In this document: in pieces, positions 20,161 through 30,156 of the stretch
Layout of the letters: each line of letters starts with the position of its first letter
Numbering within the stretch: the first letter of the stretch is position 1
Position numbers and translations under genes: made by a program
From: Candidatus Gottesmanbacteria bacterium RIFCSPLOWO2_01_FULL_43_11b
GTDB lineage: Bacteria; Patescibacteriota; Microgenomatia; UBA10105; UBA927
Assembly: GCA_001780985.1 (NCBI GenBank)
Contig: MFJV01000001.1
Span: 300,049-364,048 of the forward strand
DNA length: 64,000 nt
Direction: 5' to 3'
The notes under the pieces: model-generated
Seen by the model: only the letters and a program-made list of their open reading frames with translations
What the model was told of the DNA's origin: nothing
Database searches by the model: none

Positions 20161-21104
20161 AACTATCCGGACGGAAAATTCTCATTACCGGTGGTGCCGG
20201 ATTTATAGGTTCTCACCTCTCCGAGACTTTGGCAAAAAACAACCGAGTTGTAGTTTATGACAATTTTTCCTCTTCAGTGATTTCTTCAAAAGATATCCCT
20301 GGTGTCCGGTTTATTCGGGGAGATATTCTTGATGAAAAAAAATTGATAAGAGCTATGCGGGGTGTTGATGTGGTGTTTCATCTTGCTGTTGCCTGTGTCC
20401 GCCTATCGCTTTCAGAGGTACAACACGTCCACGAAGTCAATAGCACCGGAACGCTCACCACTCTCCTTTCGGCAACCAAATCGCATGTGAAGCGATTTAT
20501 CTATATTTCCTCAAGCGAGGTTTACGGTGGCACCGACAAATCTAAAATCTCCGAGAATCATCCGATTAAACCTACGACAGTTTATGGCATTAGCAAATAT
20601 CAGGGCGAGCTCTACACAAAACTTCTTCCTTCTATTATTATCCGCCCGTTTAATGCCTATGGTCCGCGGAGTCACTTTGAGGGCGTGTACGGCGAAGTTA
20701 TCCCCCGCTTCGTCATTCGAACGCTTGCAGGGTTACCGCCAATAATATTTGGCGACGGAAAACAAACGAGAGATTTTACCTACGTTTCCGACACGGTATC
20801 CGGCATCATAAAAGCTGCGCAGTCAGATAAACTCCTAGGATCTGTCATAAATATTGCCTATGGGAGGGAAATTTCCATTCGTAGGACTGCCTCAATTATT
20901 TCACCGCTTAAACCTATTCATAGAGCTGCTCGGCCGCTCGATGTCCATAGGCTTGCGGCAGATATCCGTTTGGCTAAAAAAATGATCGGGTATAAACCAC
21001 GTATTGCAATTGACGAAGGACTTGCCCGCTACATTTCTTGGGTGAAAAAAACAGTGCCGAACCCTAAAAAATTACTTTCCAAAATTCCTGACACTAATTG
21101 GTAA
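20157..21104 (+). CDS. NAD-dependent epimerase/dehydratase (extended SDR; UDP-sugar 4-epimerase-like)
   Basis: ILITGGAGFIGSHL glycine motif. YGISKYQGE (YxxxK). ATGA overlap with the upstream gene. Confidence 0.85.
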   Translation: MKLSGRKILITGGAGFIGSHLSETLAKNNRVVVYDNFSSSVISSKDIPGVRFIRGDILDEKKLIRAMRGVDVVFHLAVACVRLSLSEVQHVHEVNSTGTLTTLLSATKSHVKRFIYISSSEVYGGTDKSKISENHPIKPTTVYGISKYQGELYTKLLPSIIIRPFNAYGPRSHFEGVYGEVIPRFVIRTLAGLPPIIFGDGKQTRDFTYVSDTVSGIIKAAQSDKLLGSVINIAYGREISIRRTASIISPLKPIHRAARPLDVHRLAADIRLAKKMIGYKPRIAIDEGLARYISWVKKTVPNPKKLLSKIPDTNW

Positions 21105-21957
21105 GAGCCAGATCAACTGCTTGTCTCCATGTTTTAAAACGAATTCCTAATAGTTTTTGTGTTTTTTTTACGTCTAACGTATTGTGTTTATGAAATCGTA
21201 GTGGTATATCAGACGATCTCATAAGACTATCTATTGATCTTTTCTGTATCGATTTATCACCAATAATGTGCTGTGCAAGATCATACGGAGTCACCCAGTC
21301 GGGGTTGGTAACATGGAAAATACCTTGTTTTGGTTTCTTTATTAGTTTCTCTATTGCTTTTGCTATGTCATCAATCCAGGTTAATTGTATCCGTTGATCC
21401 GTAAACATAGGATAGAGTTTGCCGCGGCGATACAAAGCAGGAGTTGCGTGCACGTAATCGTTTGCAACACGGATTCCACTTTTTTTGATTGGGTGTGCCA
21501 CCCGTAAAACTGCTCCTTTAACATGCTGTTCTGCTCGTGATTTCGTCCAACCATACCAAGAATTGTTTCGAAGAGGTGTTACAGAGTGACTTTCGGAGTA
21601 TGGTCCGGGGTCTTTTGTACTTCCTCGAAATACTGATCCTGTTGAAATGTAAATGAGATAACACCTTGCGGATTTGGCAGCCTTGGCAATATATTTTGTG
21701 CCCTCGACATTTACCCTCCAATACTTACCTTCTTTATCTCCCCTTTCCCGCTCTGCTTCATTCAAATCAATAAGTGCTGCAGCGTGAATTATCACATCAG
21801 GTTTGTGTTTTTTAAAATACGCAAAAACTGCCCTTTTATCTGTAATATCCAATTTTTTATGGGAAGGAACTAGAACCGTATAGTTATTTTTGAGAATCTC
21901 TGCAATCCGCGATCCAACCAGCCCGCTTCCGCCGCTAACAAGAACTGTTTTAGCCAT
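21094..21957 (-). CDS. SDR-family sugar-nucleotide reductase (RmlD / dTDP-4-dehydrorhamnose reductase-like substrate-binding domain)
   Basis: MAKTVLVSGGSGLVGSRI. YGWTKSRAE (YxxxK). Start trimmed to Met11 of the track ORF 21094..21987. Confidence 0.7.
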   Translation of the reverse strand: MAKTVLVSGGSGLVGSRIAEILKNNYTVLVPSHKKLDITDKRAVFAYFKKHKPDVIIHAAALIDLNEAERERGDKEGKYWRVNVEGTKYIAKAAKSARCYLIYISTGSVFRGSTKDPGPYSESHSVTPLRNNSWYGWTKSRAEQHVKGAVLRVAHPIKKSGIRVANDYVHATPALYRRGKLYPMFTDQRIQLTWIDDIAKAIEKLIKKPKQGIFHVTNPDWVTPYDLAQHIIGDKSIQKRSIDSLMRSSDIPLRFHKHNTLDVKKTQKLLGIRFKTWRQAVDLALTN

Positions 21958-22891
21958 ATCTAACCCTCCCCAACACTGCTCCTGCAAAAATAAAGCAGTA
22001 CAGCACTATCCCTACAAAAAATCCTTTTACTGCAAAGATAAGTCCTTTCTCTTTATACATAAAAACGAGAAATTTTCGGATGAAAAAAATGTGGAAAGCG
22101 ACAGCAAAGGCAAAAATACGCGGGTCGATGAATACGCTTAAGACCACAAACACAGCAGAGAATGTTGTCAGAGCCTCCGCCAATGTTGTTGCAACAGGAT
22201 CGAATTTTTTCCGTCTTTGGTACAGTTTTGTCCAGTAATATGCGCGAAGAAAATACTTTTTTGCAATCGGCCAAAATCCTTCAAATTCATGCCGTACCCG
22301 TACATTGGGAGCAAAAATAATCGCGTACCGACGGGCAATTCTATAGGTAAGTTCAATGTCTTCAACCAGCGGCGCCGGGTATTTTTCGTCAAAACCGTGA
22401 AGCCTTGTAAATACGCTCTTTTTAATTGATGCAATACGGGTAGAGAAAAGAAAATAGTAGCCGCTTTTATCCCGTTCGTTAATCCAGTAGCTCCAGTCGC
22501 GTAAGGCTTTAAAATTCGGAAAAAACGCTTTGGATTGCTGCTCCTTTACCCATACGCCTGTGACTGCAACAATATCAGGGTCATTGGTGTATATGTGGGC
22601 AAGATTTTTGAGCGTATCGGGGAAAACCGTGACGTCGCTATCAAGGAATACTATGAATTTCCCTTTGGCAACCTTCACGCCTCTATTTCTGGCAACCGCC
22701 GGACCATGATTTTTTGTGAGTCTGATGATCTTTGCAAGGGGTGGCCTTGGAAATGGCTTTGTGGAGCCGTCATCAACAACGATGACTTCAAAATTTTTGA
22801 ATGTTGACTGTTTTAAAGATCCAACGAGTCTTTTGAGATTATCACCAGGATTGAAGGCAGGAATGACAATAGAAAAAAATGGTTTTTTCAT
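21950..22891 (-). CDS. Family 2 glycosyltransferase (GT-A) with C-terminal transmembrane helices
   Basis: FSIVIPAFNPGDNLKRLVGSL...EVIVVDDGS...VFLDSDVTV (DxD). Hydrophobic C-terminus. Confidence 0.85.
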   Translation of the reverse strand: MKKPFFSIVIPAFNPGDNLKRLVGSLKQSTFKNFEVIVVDDGSTKPFPRPPLAKIIRLTKNHGPAVARNRGVKVAKGKFIVFLDSDVTVFPDTLKNLAHIYTNDPDIVAVTGVWVKEQQSKAFFPNFKALRDWSYWINERDKSGYYFLFSTRIASIKKSVFTRLHGFDEKYPAPLVEDIELTYRIARRYAIIFAPNVRVRHEFEGFWPIAKKYFLRAYYWTKLYQRRKKFDPVATTLAEALTTFSAVFVVLSVFIDPRIFAFAVAFHIFFIRKFLVFMYKEKGLIFAVKGFFVGIVLYCFIFAGAVLGRVRYG

Positions 22892-23430
22892 GATCGAATA
22901 GTTTTTATCACCCTCGCGGGGATTCCGGCAACCAACGTTTTGTCAGCAACATTTTTCACGACGACCGATCCGGCCCCCACGACACACTCCCGGCCAATGG
23001 TGACACCAGGCAGTATTATAACGCCTGTTGCGATGAAGGCGCCGCGTTTGATGGTAACCGACCGCTCCTTTGTCGGATATATTCTTTGCAAAGGGTGGTC
23101 CGGGTAGCCAACATTGATATGGGAGACAATCGTTGTGCGATTTGAGATTGTCACATCATCTTCAAGTTTCACGCCACCTCTGGTGTCTACCATTACTTCA
23201 TCGCCAATAAAGCATCGGCTGCCGATAGCAACCCGGGAAAACCCGTAGTGGTAAAGATTGGTAAAACGAATGTTCTGGACGACCGTGTCGTTGCCAATAC
23301 TCGCCCCGGCAAGTCGCAGCATCATAACGCGAATCTGCGGCACAACGCATACAGAAAGGAGTCCGCCAAAAAGCTCCCAAAGAACAAAACGAGTGGCTTT
23401 CATAATACCGACGGTTCGTATGGCTTTCAT
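22888..23430 (-). CDS. Left-handed beta-helix (hexapeptide-repeat) acetyl/acyltransferase, WcaF-like
   Basis: Hexapeptide repeats VAIGSRCFIGDEVMV...VKLEDDVTISNRTTIV...IKRGAFIATGVIILPGVTIGRECVVGAGSVV. Confidence 0.7.
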   Translation of the reverse strand: MKAIRTVGIMKATRFVLWELFGGLLSVCVVPQIRVMMLRLAGASIGNDTVVQNIRFTNLYHYGFSRVAIGSRCFIGDEVMVDTRGGVKLEDDVTISNRTTIVSHINVGYPDHPLQRIYPTKERSVTIKRGAFIATGVIILPGVTIGRECVVGAGSVVVKNVADKTLVAGIPARVIKTIRS

Positions 23431-24119
23431 CTCCGTAATCTCCACAAGCTTATCAGATAATCAGCAATATCACGAAATGGCCGCACGGTTGAGGTCTTAT
23501 CAAAGCGACGGAGAAAAAGGACCGGGACCTCGACAATATCAAAACCTGCTCCTTTGGCCCGAACCATAATTTCCGTATCCCAAAACCACCCATTATGCTT
23601 TGTTCTTTTCAAAACGGGCAGAATTTTTTTTCTGTTGAAAAACTTATACCCGGTTTCCGTATCCAATCCCCCGGTTCTAACCATACGATCAGCAAGCCAC
23701 CTATAGCCTCGGCTCAAAATCTCACGAATAATCGATTGCGTATTTGTCCGGTAAAATCGCCTGCCGATAACAACATCAGCTTTCCTTTTCATAATAAGGT
23801 CAACCATGTGCGGAATGTATAAAGGAGACACTTCGCAATCAATATCGATAAATCCAGCAACCGTGCCTGTCGCTTCCAGTAACCCATCCCGGACAGCACT
23901 ACCACGGCCCATGTTTCGGGAATGGAAAACAGCTCTCATATGCTTGTTTTTTTTGATTGTGCCGCGAATAAGTTTTGCAGTTTCATCTTCGCTTTTGTCA
24001 TCGACAAAAATAATCTCGTAGGAATACTTTGTTGCCTCGAGTGTATGTACTATGCGGGATACACTTTCCCGAAAAATTTGCGCTTCGTTGTAACAGGGCA
24101 GAATTAAGGAGACATCCAC
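23427..24119 (-). CDS. GT2 polyprenol-phosphate sugar synthase (DPM1/ArnC-like), soluble form
   Basis: VSLILPCYNEAQIF...EIIFVDDKSEDET...FIDIDCEV. About 230 aa with no TM helix. Confidence 0.85.
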   Translation of the reverse strand: MDVSLILPCYNEAQIFRESVSRIVHTLEATKYSYEIIFVDDKSEDETAKLIRGTIKKNKHMRAVFHSRNMGRGSAVRDGLLEATGTVAGFIDIDCEVSPLYIPHMVDLIMKRKADVVIGRRFYRTNTQSIIREILSRGYRWLADRMVRTGGLDTETGYKFFNRKKILPVLKRTKHNGWFWDTEIMVRAKGAGFDIVEVPVLFLRRFDKTSTVRPFRDIADYLISLWRLRR

Positions 24120-25537
24120 AGCAACTCACCTCCCATGGAACTAATCGTATAGTGATCAGTTATATATGCTTGATCAGTTGGCTGAAGCGTTGTCACGCGC
24201 TTGAGTGAACCTTGGAAGATATACTTTGTCTTTGTTGTTTCAAGTGCTTTCGAAAGAGATGGGAGCGGCTGTGAGAGAAATCCCTGCCACTGCCCGAACG
24301 GCAGGCAGCAGGCGTAATATGGATCCGGATAATATAATGTGCTGCCATCCAGATCTAAAATATATTCATTTTTTGGAACGGTCTGCCAAACTTTTTCAAG
24401 GTTACTCAGCATTTCGACATTCGTCCAAGAAAGCTTGGGTTTGTTAACGAGGAGGAATGTTTGGTAGAGACCAATGAGCCCCATTAAAAATAGCGCAAAA
24501 CCTGATACTGCTCCAAGTGGGTGGCGACTAAGTTTCTTCCAAATGAGAAGCAACCCATCGGCCCCGTACAATGCAACAAACAGCGCAATCGGAATGAGGT
24601 ATTGGGCGTGCTTCAAAGGAATATAGAGAACGTAGAGAGCAACGTTGAGGATAAATATCCCTGCCGGCAGCAACTCTTCCCGCGAAAACTGCAAAAGTCT
24701 GTATGCTCCAATTCCTATTCCAAATAACCAAAGGGCGTGATTTACAATCAGCCCCGTGTTCACCCCGCCCTGCCCGTAGTAAATGTTATTTGGATAGAAA
24801 AATAAGTCCGGGCCCATAAAAAATATGTTGGCGAGTTTATTTGCTTCTAATGGTAAATTCACCAAGGAATACCAAATTGTTGAAAAATGGCCCGTCGAAA
24901 TGGCCCAAACTCCAAATACACTAAGAGGAAGTGCTAACCCCAGTAAAAATGAGGGAACACGCCGGCGCTCTAAAAAGAACAAAACCAGGAATGCAAAAAT
25001 TACTGTTGGTGCAATTTTCGTAAGAACGAGGAGGGAAAGACCGTAGCAGACACCTGACCATAAAGCACGTCTTTGCACCTGTAGAATTAAACCCGCTAAC
25101 AGGAGGAGTGTGGCCAGATTATCCGGGCGGATTTCAATGATTTTGTCCATCGGAAGCGGAAGGAAGGCAAAGAGCAACGCCGGAAAAATAGCAAAAGAGT
25201 TTTTTCGTAAAATATAAAAGAGAACGCCAGCGGCAGCGGCATTGCCTAAAAATATAAAAAACATGAGAATTCGGGCCGATAAAATTGGCTGCACCGTCCC
25301 CCACCCCTTTACAAATACGGGTGAAAGAAAGATCCAAAATCCAGGAGGGAAAAACGAGAGAAAATCTATGTACGGACGATTTCCCATGAGCATATGGGAA
25401 GTCCAATGGAGATGAGCAAATTCGTCAACGTCAAAATAGCGTATCAATCCAAGTTTCCAGTGCCACGAAACAAAGAAAATAAAGATTACACCTGCAGTAA
25501 TTATGAGTATGGTTTGCAAAAATTTAGATAGGCTCAT
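24104..25537 (-). CDS. Polytopic membrane GT-C-like glycosyltransferase (PMT/ArnT, GT39/GT83-like)
   Basis: More than 10 predicted TM helices. First-loop YFDVDEFAHLHW (DE motif). Confidence 0.7.
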   Translation of the reverse strand: MSLSKFLQTILIITAGVIFIFFVSWHWKLGLIRYFDVDEFAHLHWTSHMLMGNRPYIDFLSFFPPGFWIFLSPVFVKGWGTVQPILSARILMFFIFLGNAAAAGVLFYILRKNSFAIFPALLFAFLPLPMDKIIEIRPDNLATLLLLAGLILQVQRRALWSGVCYGLSLLVLTKIAPTVIFAFLVLFFLERRRVPSFLLGLALPLSVFGVWAISTGHFSTIWYSLVNLPLEANKLANIFFMGPDLFFYPNNIYYGQGGVNTGLIVNHALWLFGIGIGAYRLLQFSREELLPAGIFILNVALYVLYIPLKHAQYLIPIALFVALYGADGLLLIWKKLSRHPLGAVSGFALFLMGLIGLYQTFLLVNKPKLSWTNVEMLSNLEKVWQTVPKNEYILDLDGSTLYYPDPYYACCLPFGQWQGFLSQPLPSLSKALETTKTKYIFQGSLKRVTTLQPTDQAYITDHYTISSMGGELLWMSP

Positions 25538-26196
25538 AAGCGAAATCGTAGCATATCAAGAATTGTTGGCAACGTTGTAGTTAGTGCCGCTCCGCTTCCT
25601 CGCGAAATCGACGGCCGGTGATCGATGGGCACTTCGAGAATTTTGAACCCCCTTTTCCTTGCTTTTACGCAAAGCTCTGCATCGACAAAAGCGCTCCGAG
25701 ATTCCAAGCGAACAGATTTGAGTAATTTTTTTGATACTAATCGAACGGAATTGACGTCATGAAGGGATAAACCATATATATATTTAAGGAGTGTGTTATA
25801 TGCCCAAGACTGAAAAAGTCGCATTGGTGGATCATTCCTTTTTACCCTCCAACCAACAATCATATCAGCTCTATCTTTGTACGGAAGAAGTTTTAACAAC
25901 TCTTTTGGATGAATCTGGTAATCGCCAGGGAGAGAAAAAATCCAGTCATAGCGGGCTTTTTCATAAAGTTCTTTTATTGTTGCTCCGTAGCCTCTGTTTT
26001 TTTTATGGGTAACGACATGCACATGTTGGTTTTTAATAGTTGCTAGAATTTCACCTGTTTTATCGAAACTTCCGTCGTTAATTACCAATATTTCATAATG
26101 GGAAAACGTATCTCTACCGATCTTATCGGCTTCCGCTATAACATCACGGATAGTTTTCTCATCATTATACGTTGGTATGATAAAAGAAAGTTTCAC
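25534..26196 (-). CDS. GT2 polyprenol-phosphate sugar synthase (DPM1/ArnC-like)
   Basis: LSFIIPTYNDEKTI...EILVINDGSFDKT...PGDYQIHP. Paralogue of 38453..39145. Confidence 0.85.
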   Translation of the reverse strand: MKLSFIIPTYNDEKTIRDVIAEADKIGRDTFSHYEILVINDGSFDKTGEILATIKNQHVHVVTHKKNRGYGATIKELYEKARYDWIFSLPGDYQIHPKELLKLLPYKDRADMIVGWRVKRNDPPMRLFQSWAYNTLLKYIYGLSLHDVNSVRLVSKKLLKSVRLESRSAFVDAELCVKARKRGFKILEVPIDHRPSISRGSGAALTTTLPTILDMLRFRL

Positions 26197-27149
26197 ATCC
26201 GCTCCATAACAATATTGATAAGTCCGCCCGCGTCGGGCATGAATTTTGCAATCACGTCCGTTTTTGAAAGCATTCGTTTTGCCACTTCAACGGAAAATAG
26301 ATTAACAATATGCGGGGGCAAAAATGTATGCGTGGAAACCGAAATCTTGTGTTGTCCATTAAACCACCCTTTTATATCACGCTTTCCAATAAGCGGCATG
26401 CTCCCCGCCCGTTCATACCAAAGAGGGTGAAGTTTTTGCAAAAAATCAAAAAAAATTCGTACTGGTGTTTTATTGTTTTCCAATCCAAAATACGTGCCCC
26501 CTGGTTTGAGCACACGAATGATTTCTTTCACTGTTTTGCGAGGATCTGGCAGATGATGGAGAACACCATATAAAAGTACATAATCAAAGCTTTCACTCTT
26601 TATGGGGAATGATGTTGCGTCGCCAACAAAAAAATACATGTTCGCTCTTCCACGACTCCTCTTGATCGCCTCGACAATCATGTTTTTTGATATATCAAAT
26701 CCCACGATTGAAATGGGAAGATCCGCAAATTGGAATGCGCTCCTTCCTTGTGCGCACCCAACATCCAGAAGCCATGAATCTTTTCGAATTCCCTTTCGCC
26801 ACTTTCCTATGATGAGCTCGTCTGTTGCCCTCCAAAATGAACTTCCTGCATAGTCAGAATAGGACTGCGTTGAGTTTTTTGCGTACCAATCGAAGTATTG
26901 TTGTTGTTCTTTTTCTAATTTAAATCGTTTCTTATGTCGTTTATAAAATATTTTCCGATCTTCCCAATACGCAAGATCGTCGGGAAGAAGTTCCAAAATA
27001 TAATCAAAAATTGGGTAGGTTCTCGTACACCTTGGGCATTTGACAACTCCCTCTTTCACGCCGTATGAATCTTTATCAAAAACTTCAAGTTTTAATTTAT
27101 TTGCTCTGCATGAGGGACAAAGTAGAATACTGACTACATCTTTATTCAT
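26193..27149 (-). CDS. Class I SAM-dependent methyltransferase with N-terminal Trm112-like zinc ribbon
   Basis: MNKDVVSILLCPSCRANKLKLE...CPRCTRTYPIFDYILELL. LLDVGCAQGRSAFQF (motif I). LKPGGTYF. Start trimmed to Met7 of the track ORF 26193..27167. Confidence 0.75.
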   Translation of the reverse strand: MNKDVVSILLCPSCRANKLKLEVFDKDSYGVKEGVVKCPRCTRTYPIFDYILELLPDDLAYWEDRKIFYKRHKKRFKLEKEQQQYFDWYAKNSTQSYSDYAGSSFWRATDELIIGKWRKGIRKDSWLLDVGCAQGRSAFQFADLPISIVGFDISKNMIVEAIKRSRGRANMYFFVGDATSFPIKSESFDYVLLYGVLHHLPDPRKTVKEIIRVLKPGGTYFGLENNKTPVRIFFDFLQKLHPLWYERAGSMPLIGKRDIKGWFNGQHKISVSTHTFLPPHIVNLFSVEVAKRMLSKTDVIAKFMPDAGGLINIVMERM

Positions 27150-27173
27150 AGGAGAATTATAATACAAACACGT

Positions 27174-28631
27174 ATGATTCTGGGCATTGCAATTCTCTTC
27201 TCATTCCTTAATCTCTTTCACGTATTCTATTACCTTTCAAAAGTTCCACCAAATACAATATTTATCGGCATCACCCATTGGTACGAGGATTACTTTTTTT
27301 ACCTTTCGCAGATGACTCAGGGAGCCATGGGGCAATGGAGCTTGATCAATAAATACTCACTTGAAAATATCCCCATTGGCTTTAACTGGGTATTTAATCT
27401 TCTGTTGGGTAAATTATCAAACTCCCCCGTATGGACAACCTATGACATAACGATTTTTATTCTCACATTTATTTATATTCTTCTCATGTATAAAGTTCTC
27501 ACGTCTCTTTTTACTAACAAAATCAAAGCCTACAGCGCTCTTATAGTTGCACTTACAAGCACCAACTGGTTCTTTAACCCGGTTACCTACTTCTATGCGT
27601 ATACATCTGCATTGAATCGCTTGGGAGGAGTAGCGCATCACGTTGCTCAGAATATTTTAAGTTTAGTCTCTGTGTATCTATTCGCAAAACTTCTTGAATC
27701 TTATAAATTAAAAACGGCAATAATTATTGCCCTTACTCTCTCAATTCTTTTTCTTATGTCTTCGTTTTATGTCATGATTAACATTATCGTTTTTGTAGTT
27801 TCGGCAGTTTTATTAAAGAACCGTAAAATAGTAAAAAGCTTTTTAATTATTATCGCTCCGCTTGCAGTTTTAGCATACTTTCAATCTCAAGTAATCAGTC
27901 ACCCGTTTTGGGTACTTGTCAGAGAGTGGGAACAGACCAGAAGTCCGGCGACATTCTCCACATTTATTATCTCCGGCGGTCTCATTATGTTCTTGGTTCC
28001 TTTTGGTCTCACAAAGTTTCTTAAAATTAAATCTCCTCTTCGTGTTGTCGGACTTATGTTTGCCATTTTACCCATTGTTTTATATTTTTCAGGAATAGCC
28101 GGAATACCTGTATTTCGCCTGTTGCAACCAGCCGGATATGTATTCCTTGCCGCAATTGCAACAGAGGCGCTTGCAGGAAAAAAACGGATATTCCTTTTGC
28201 TTGTATCTATCTATGTTCTCCTCCAAATCCCGGGGCTTGGTATGGAAATAAAATCCAGGGTAAATGAATACTACCTCAACTCCCACCTCAATTTCCTCGA
28301 TCGCGACGTCTACGACGGACTCCTTTTTCTCAAAGATCAGCCTCATGATAAAAACGTCCTGGCAGTCCACACACTCGAGTCATTTGTACCGGTTGTAAGC
28401 GGCCACTCTGTATTCGAAGGCCATGCAACATTAACGCTTGATTACAAAGAAAAAATCGACAAAACCATTGCATTTTACACGAACAAAATGTCGGAAATAG
28501 ATGCGTATACGCTTCTCAAAAATAACAATATCGACTATATTCTCTGGGAAAAACGATTCGGAGAAGCTCCCCGTTATTCATTCTTTAGGTTGCTTTATGA
28601 AAATCCAAAACTGGTTATCTTCACGCTCTAA
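27174..28631 (+). CDS. Polytopic membrane protein, member of a paralogous family with loop motif DYxxYxSxxxQGxxG (putative GT-C-like glycosyltransferase)
   Basis: About 12 TM helices. HWYEDYFFYLSQMTQGAMGQW. Confidence 0.65.
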   Translation: MILGIAILFSFLNLFHVFYYLSKVPPNTIFIGITHWYEDYFFYLSQMTQGAMGQWSLINKYSLENIPIGFNWVFNLLLGKLSNSPVWTTYDITIFILTFIYILLMYKVLTSLFTNKIKAYSALIVALTSTNWFFNPVTYFYAYTSALNRLGGVAHHVAQNILSLVSVYLFAKLLESYKLKTAIIIALTLSILFLMSSFYVMINIIVFVVSAVLLKNRKIVKSFLIIIAPLAVLAYFQSQVISHPFWVLVREWEQTRSPATFSTFIISGGLIMFLVPFGLTKFLKIKSPLRVVGLMFAILPIVLYFSGIAGIPVFRLLQPAGYVFLAAIATEALAGKKRIFLLLVSIYVLLQIPGLGMEIKSRVNEYYLNSHLNFLDRDVYDGLLFLKDQPHDKNVLAVHTLESFVPVVSGHSVFEGHATLTLDYKEKIDKTIAFYTNKMSEIDAYTLLKNNNIDYILWEKRFGEAPRYSFFRLLYENPKLVIFTL

Positions 28632-30156
28632 ACAAAGACTCATCGGAGTCGTATTGACACTTTCACTTTTCCTTGTCCACGTGACAATCATCGATGATTA
28701 TGGATTAACCTGGGACTTTCACCACCATTTTTTTGCAGGACTCCATCTCCTCGGTCGACCAATAGACAAAAAACTGACAGAAAATATCCCTTTCACCGAA
28801 CCATCGCCGCTTTTAACTCAAGAGCTTCCCTTCGGTCCGCTCATGAGTATTACTCCTGTGCTCTCCTATCAACTTTTCTATGAAAAACTTAGACTACTTG
28901 CTTTTGACAATGCGTACAATATAGCAATTGTCGCAAGTGGTGTTGCCGGCATCGGAATCTTGTATTTCTTCCTTCTTGAAGCAACAAATTTTCCCACAGC
29001 ACTTATTGCATTTATGTTTCTTGCACTCCTGCCTCGTTATTTCGGTGACCTCCACAACAATATGAAAGACGTTCCTCAAGCTGCCGCATTTGCTCTTGCC
29101 ATCTGGTTATTTTGGAGACTCGTCAAATACAACAAGATTAAGGATCTCGTTATTGCAAGCCTTGGTTTTGCAATTGCATTTAATACCAAAGTAAATACGC
29201 TCGCTATCCCTTTCATTGCCTTCCTGTCCCTACGAAAATTTCACCCTCGCATACTTTCTTACTTTTTTCTTGCACCTCTTTTTGCTCTTTTAATATGGAT
29301 CCCATTCTGGCAAGACCCGTTCGGAGTACTTGCGTATCTACCTAAGTTTTTCCAGATCAATACGCCAAATATTGAAGTCCTTTATATGGACAAGTGGTAT
29401 TGCTCCGGAGTAAACGTCCCCTGGCACTATCCGCTGGGCTACCTGGCCATAACGACACCACTCCCCCTTCTTTTATTTTTCTTCATAGGTCTTTTTCGTC
29501 GCCCTCCATCAATTTTTCTCTTATGGTTTTTCGTTCCCCTTGCTCGTTACCTTATCCCTAAAATCGGCGTCATTGACGGCATTCGTCACTTTGAAGAAGT
29601 GGTCTATCCAATGTCTGCAATTGCAGCAATCGGCGCACAAAGTATATTCCAATGGATTAAACAAAAAACAATTGTTTTGGTATTATATTTCCTTATTCTT
29701 TATTCCTTATCCCTTATTCTCATCACTTATCACCCCTTCCAAATCTCCTACTTTAATGAACTGGTCGGTGGAATCCGAGGAGCCTACGGACGCTACGATA
29801 TTGACTACTGGGGTGGACCACAAAAACAGGCAATTAACTGGATTAATGCCAATGTGCCTCAACAAAGCAGGATCGCTGTTGCCATGGCTGCTGATGTTGC
29901 CGTAAAATACATCCGGCCCGATCTCACCCCTCTTCTCAATACAAGACACTATAACTCGAGCGATTACGTTGTCATCCTTAACCGCCAATCATTCTTTTAC
30001 CGATACCGCGTTGTTGATTATTTGCTCACTCATACCCCTATCTACACCATTGAAAATCAAGGGGTTCCGATTGTGTGGATTTTTGATAATCACGTATCCC
30101 CTGCGCAAAAAAAGAATCCGTGGTGGGAGGGAACAGATCCGTGCATCAGACTATGA
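28597..30156 (+). CDS. Polytopic membrane GT-C-like glycosyltransferase (GT39/PMT_2-like)
   Basis: Multi-TM. TWDFHHHFFAGLHLLG loop. Start trimmed to the internal Met of the track ORF 28501..30156. Confidence 0.7.
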   Translation: MKIQNWLSSRSKQRLIGVVLTLSLFLVHVTIIDDYGLTWDFHHHFFAGLHLLGRPIDKKLTENIPFTEPSPLLTQELPFGPLMSITPVLSYQLFYEKLRLLAFDNAYNIAIVASGVAGIGILYFFLLEATNFPTALIAFMFLALLPRYFGDLHNNMKDVPQAAAFALAIWLFWRLVKYNKIKDLVIASLGFAIAFNTKVNTLAIPFIAFLSLRKFHPRILSYFFLAPLFALLIWIPFWQDPFGVLAYLPKFFQINTPNIEVLYMDKWYCSGVNVPWHYPLGYLAITTPLPLLLFFFIGLFRRPPSIFLLWFFVPLARYLIPKIGVIDGIRHFEEVVYPMSAIAAIGAQSIFQWIKQKTIVLVLYFLILYSLSLILITYHPFQISYFNELVGGIRGAYGRYDIDYWGGPQKQAINWINANVPQQSRIAVAMAADVAVKYIRPDLTPLLNTRHYNSSDYVVILNRQSFFYRYRVVDYLLTHTPIYTIENQGVPIVWIFDNHVSPAQKKNPWWEGTDPCIRL

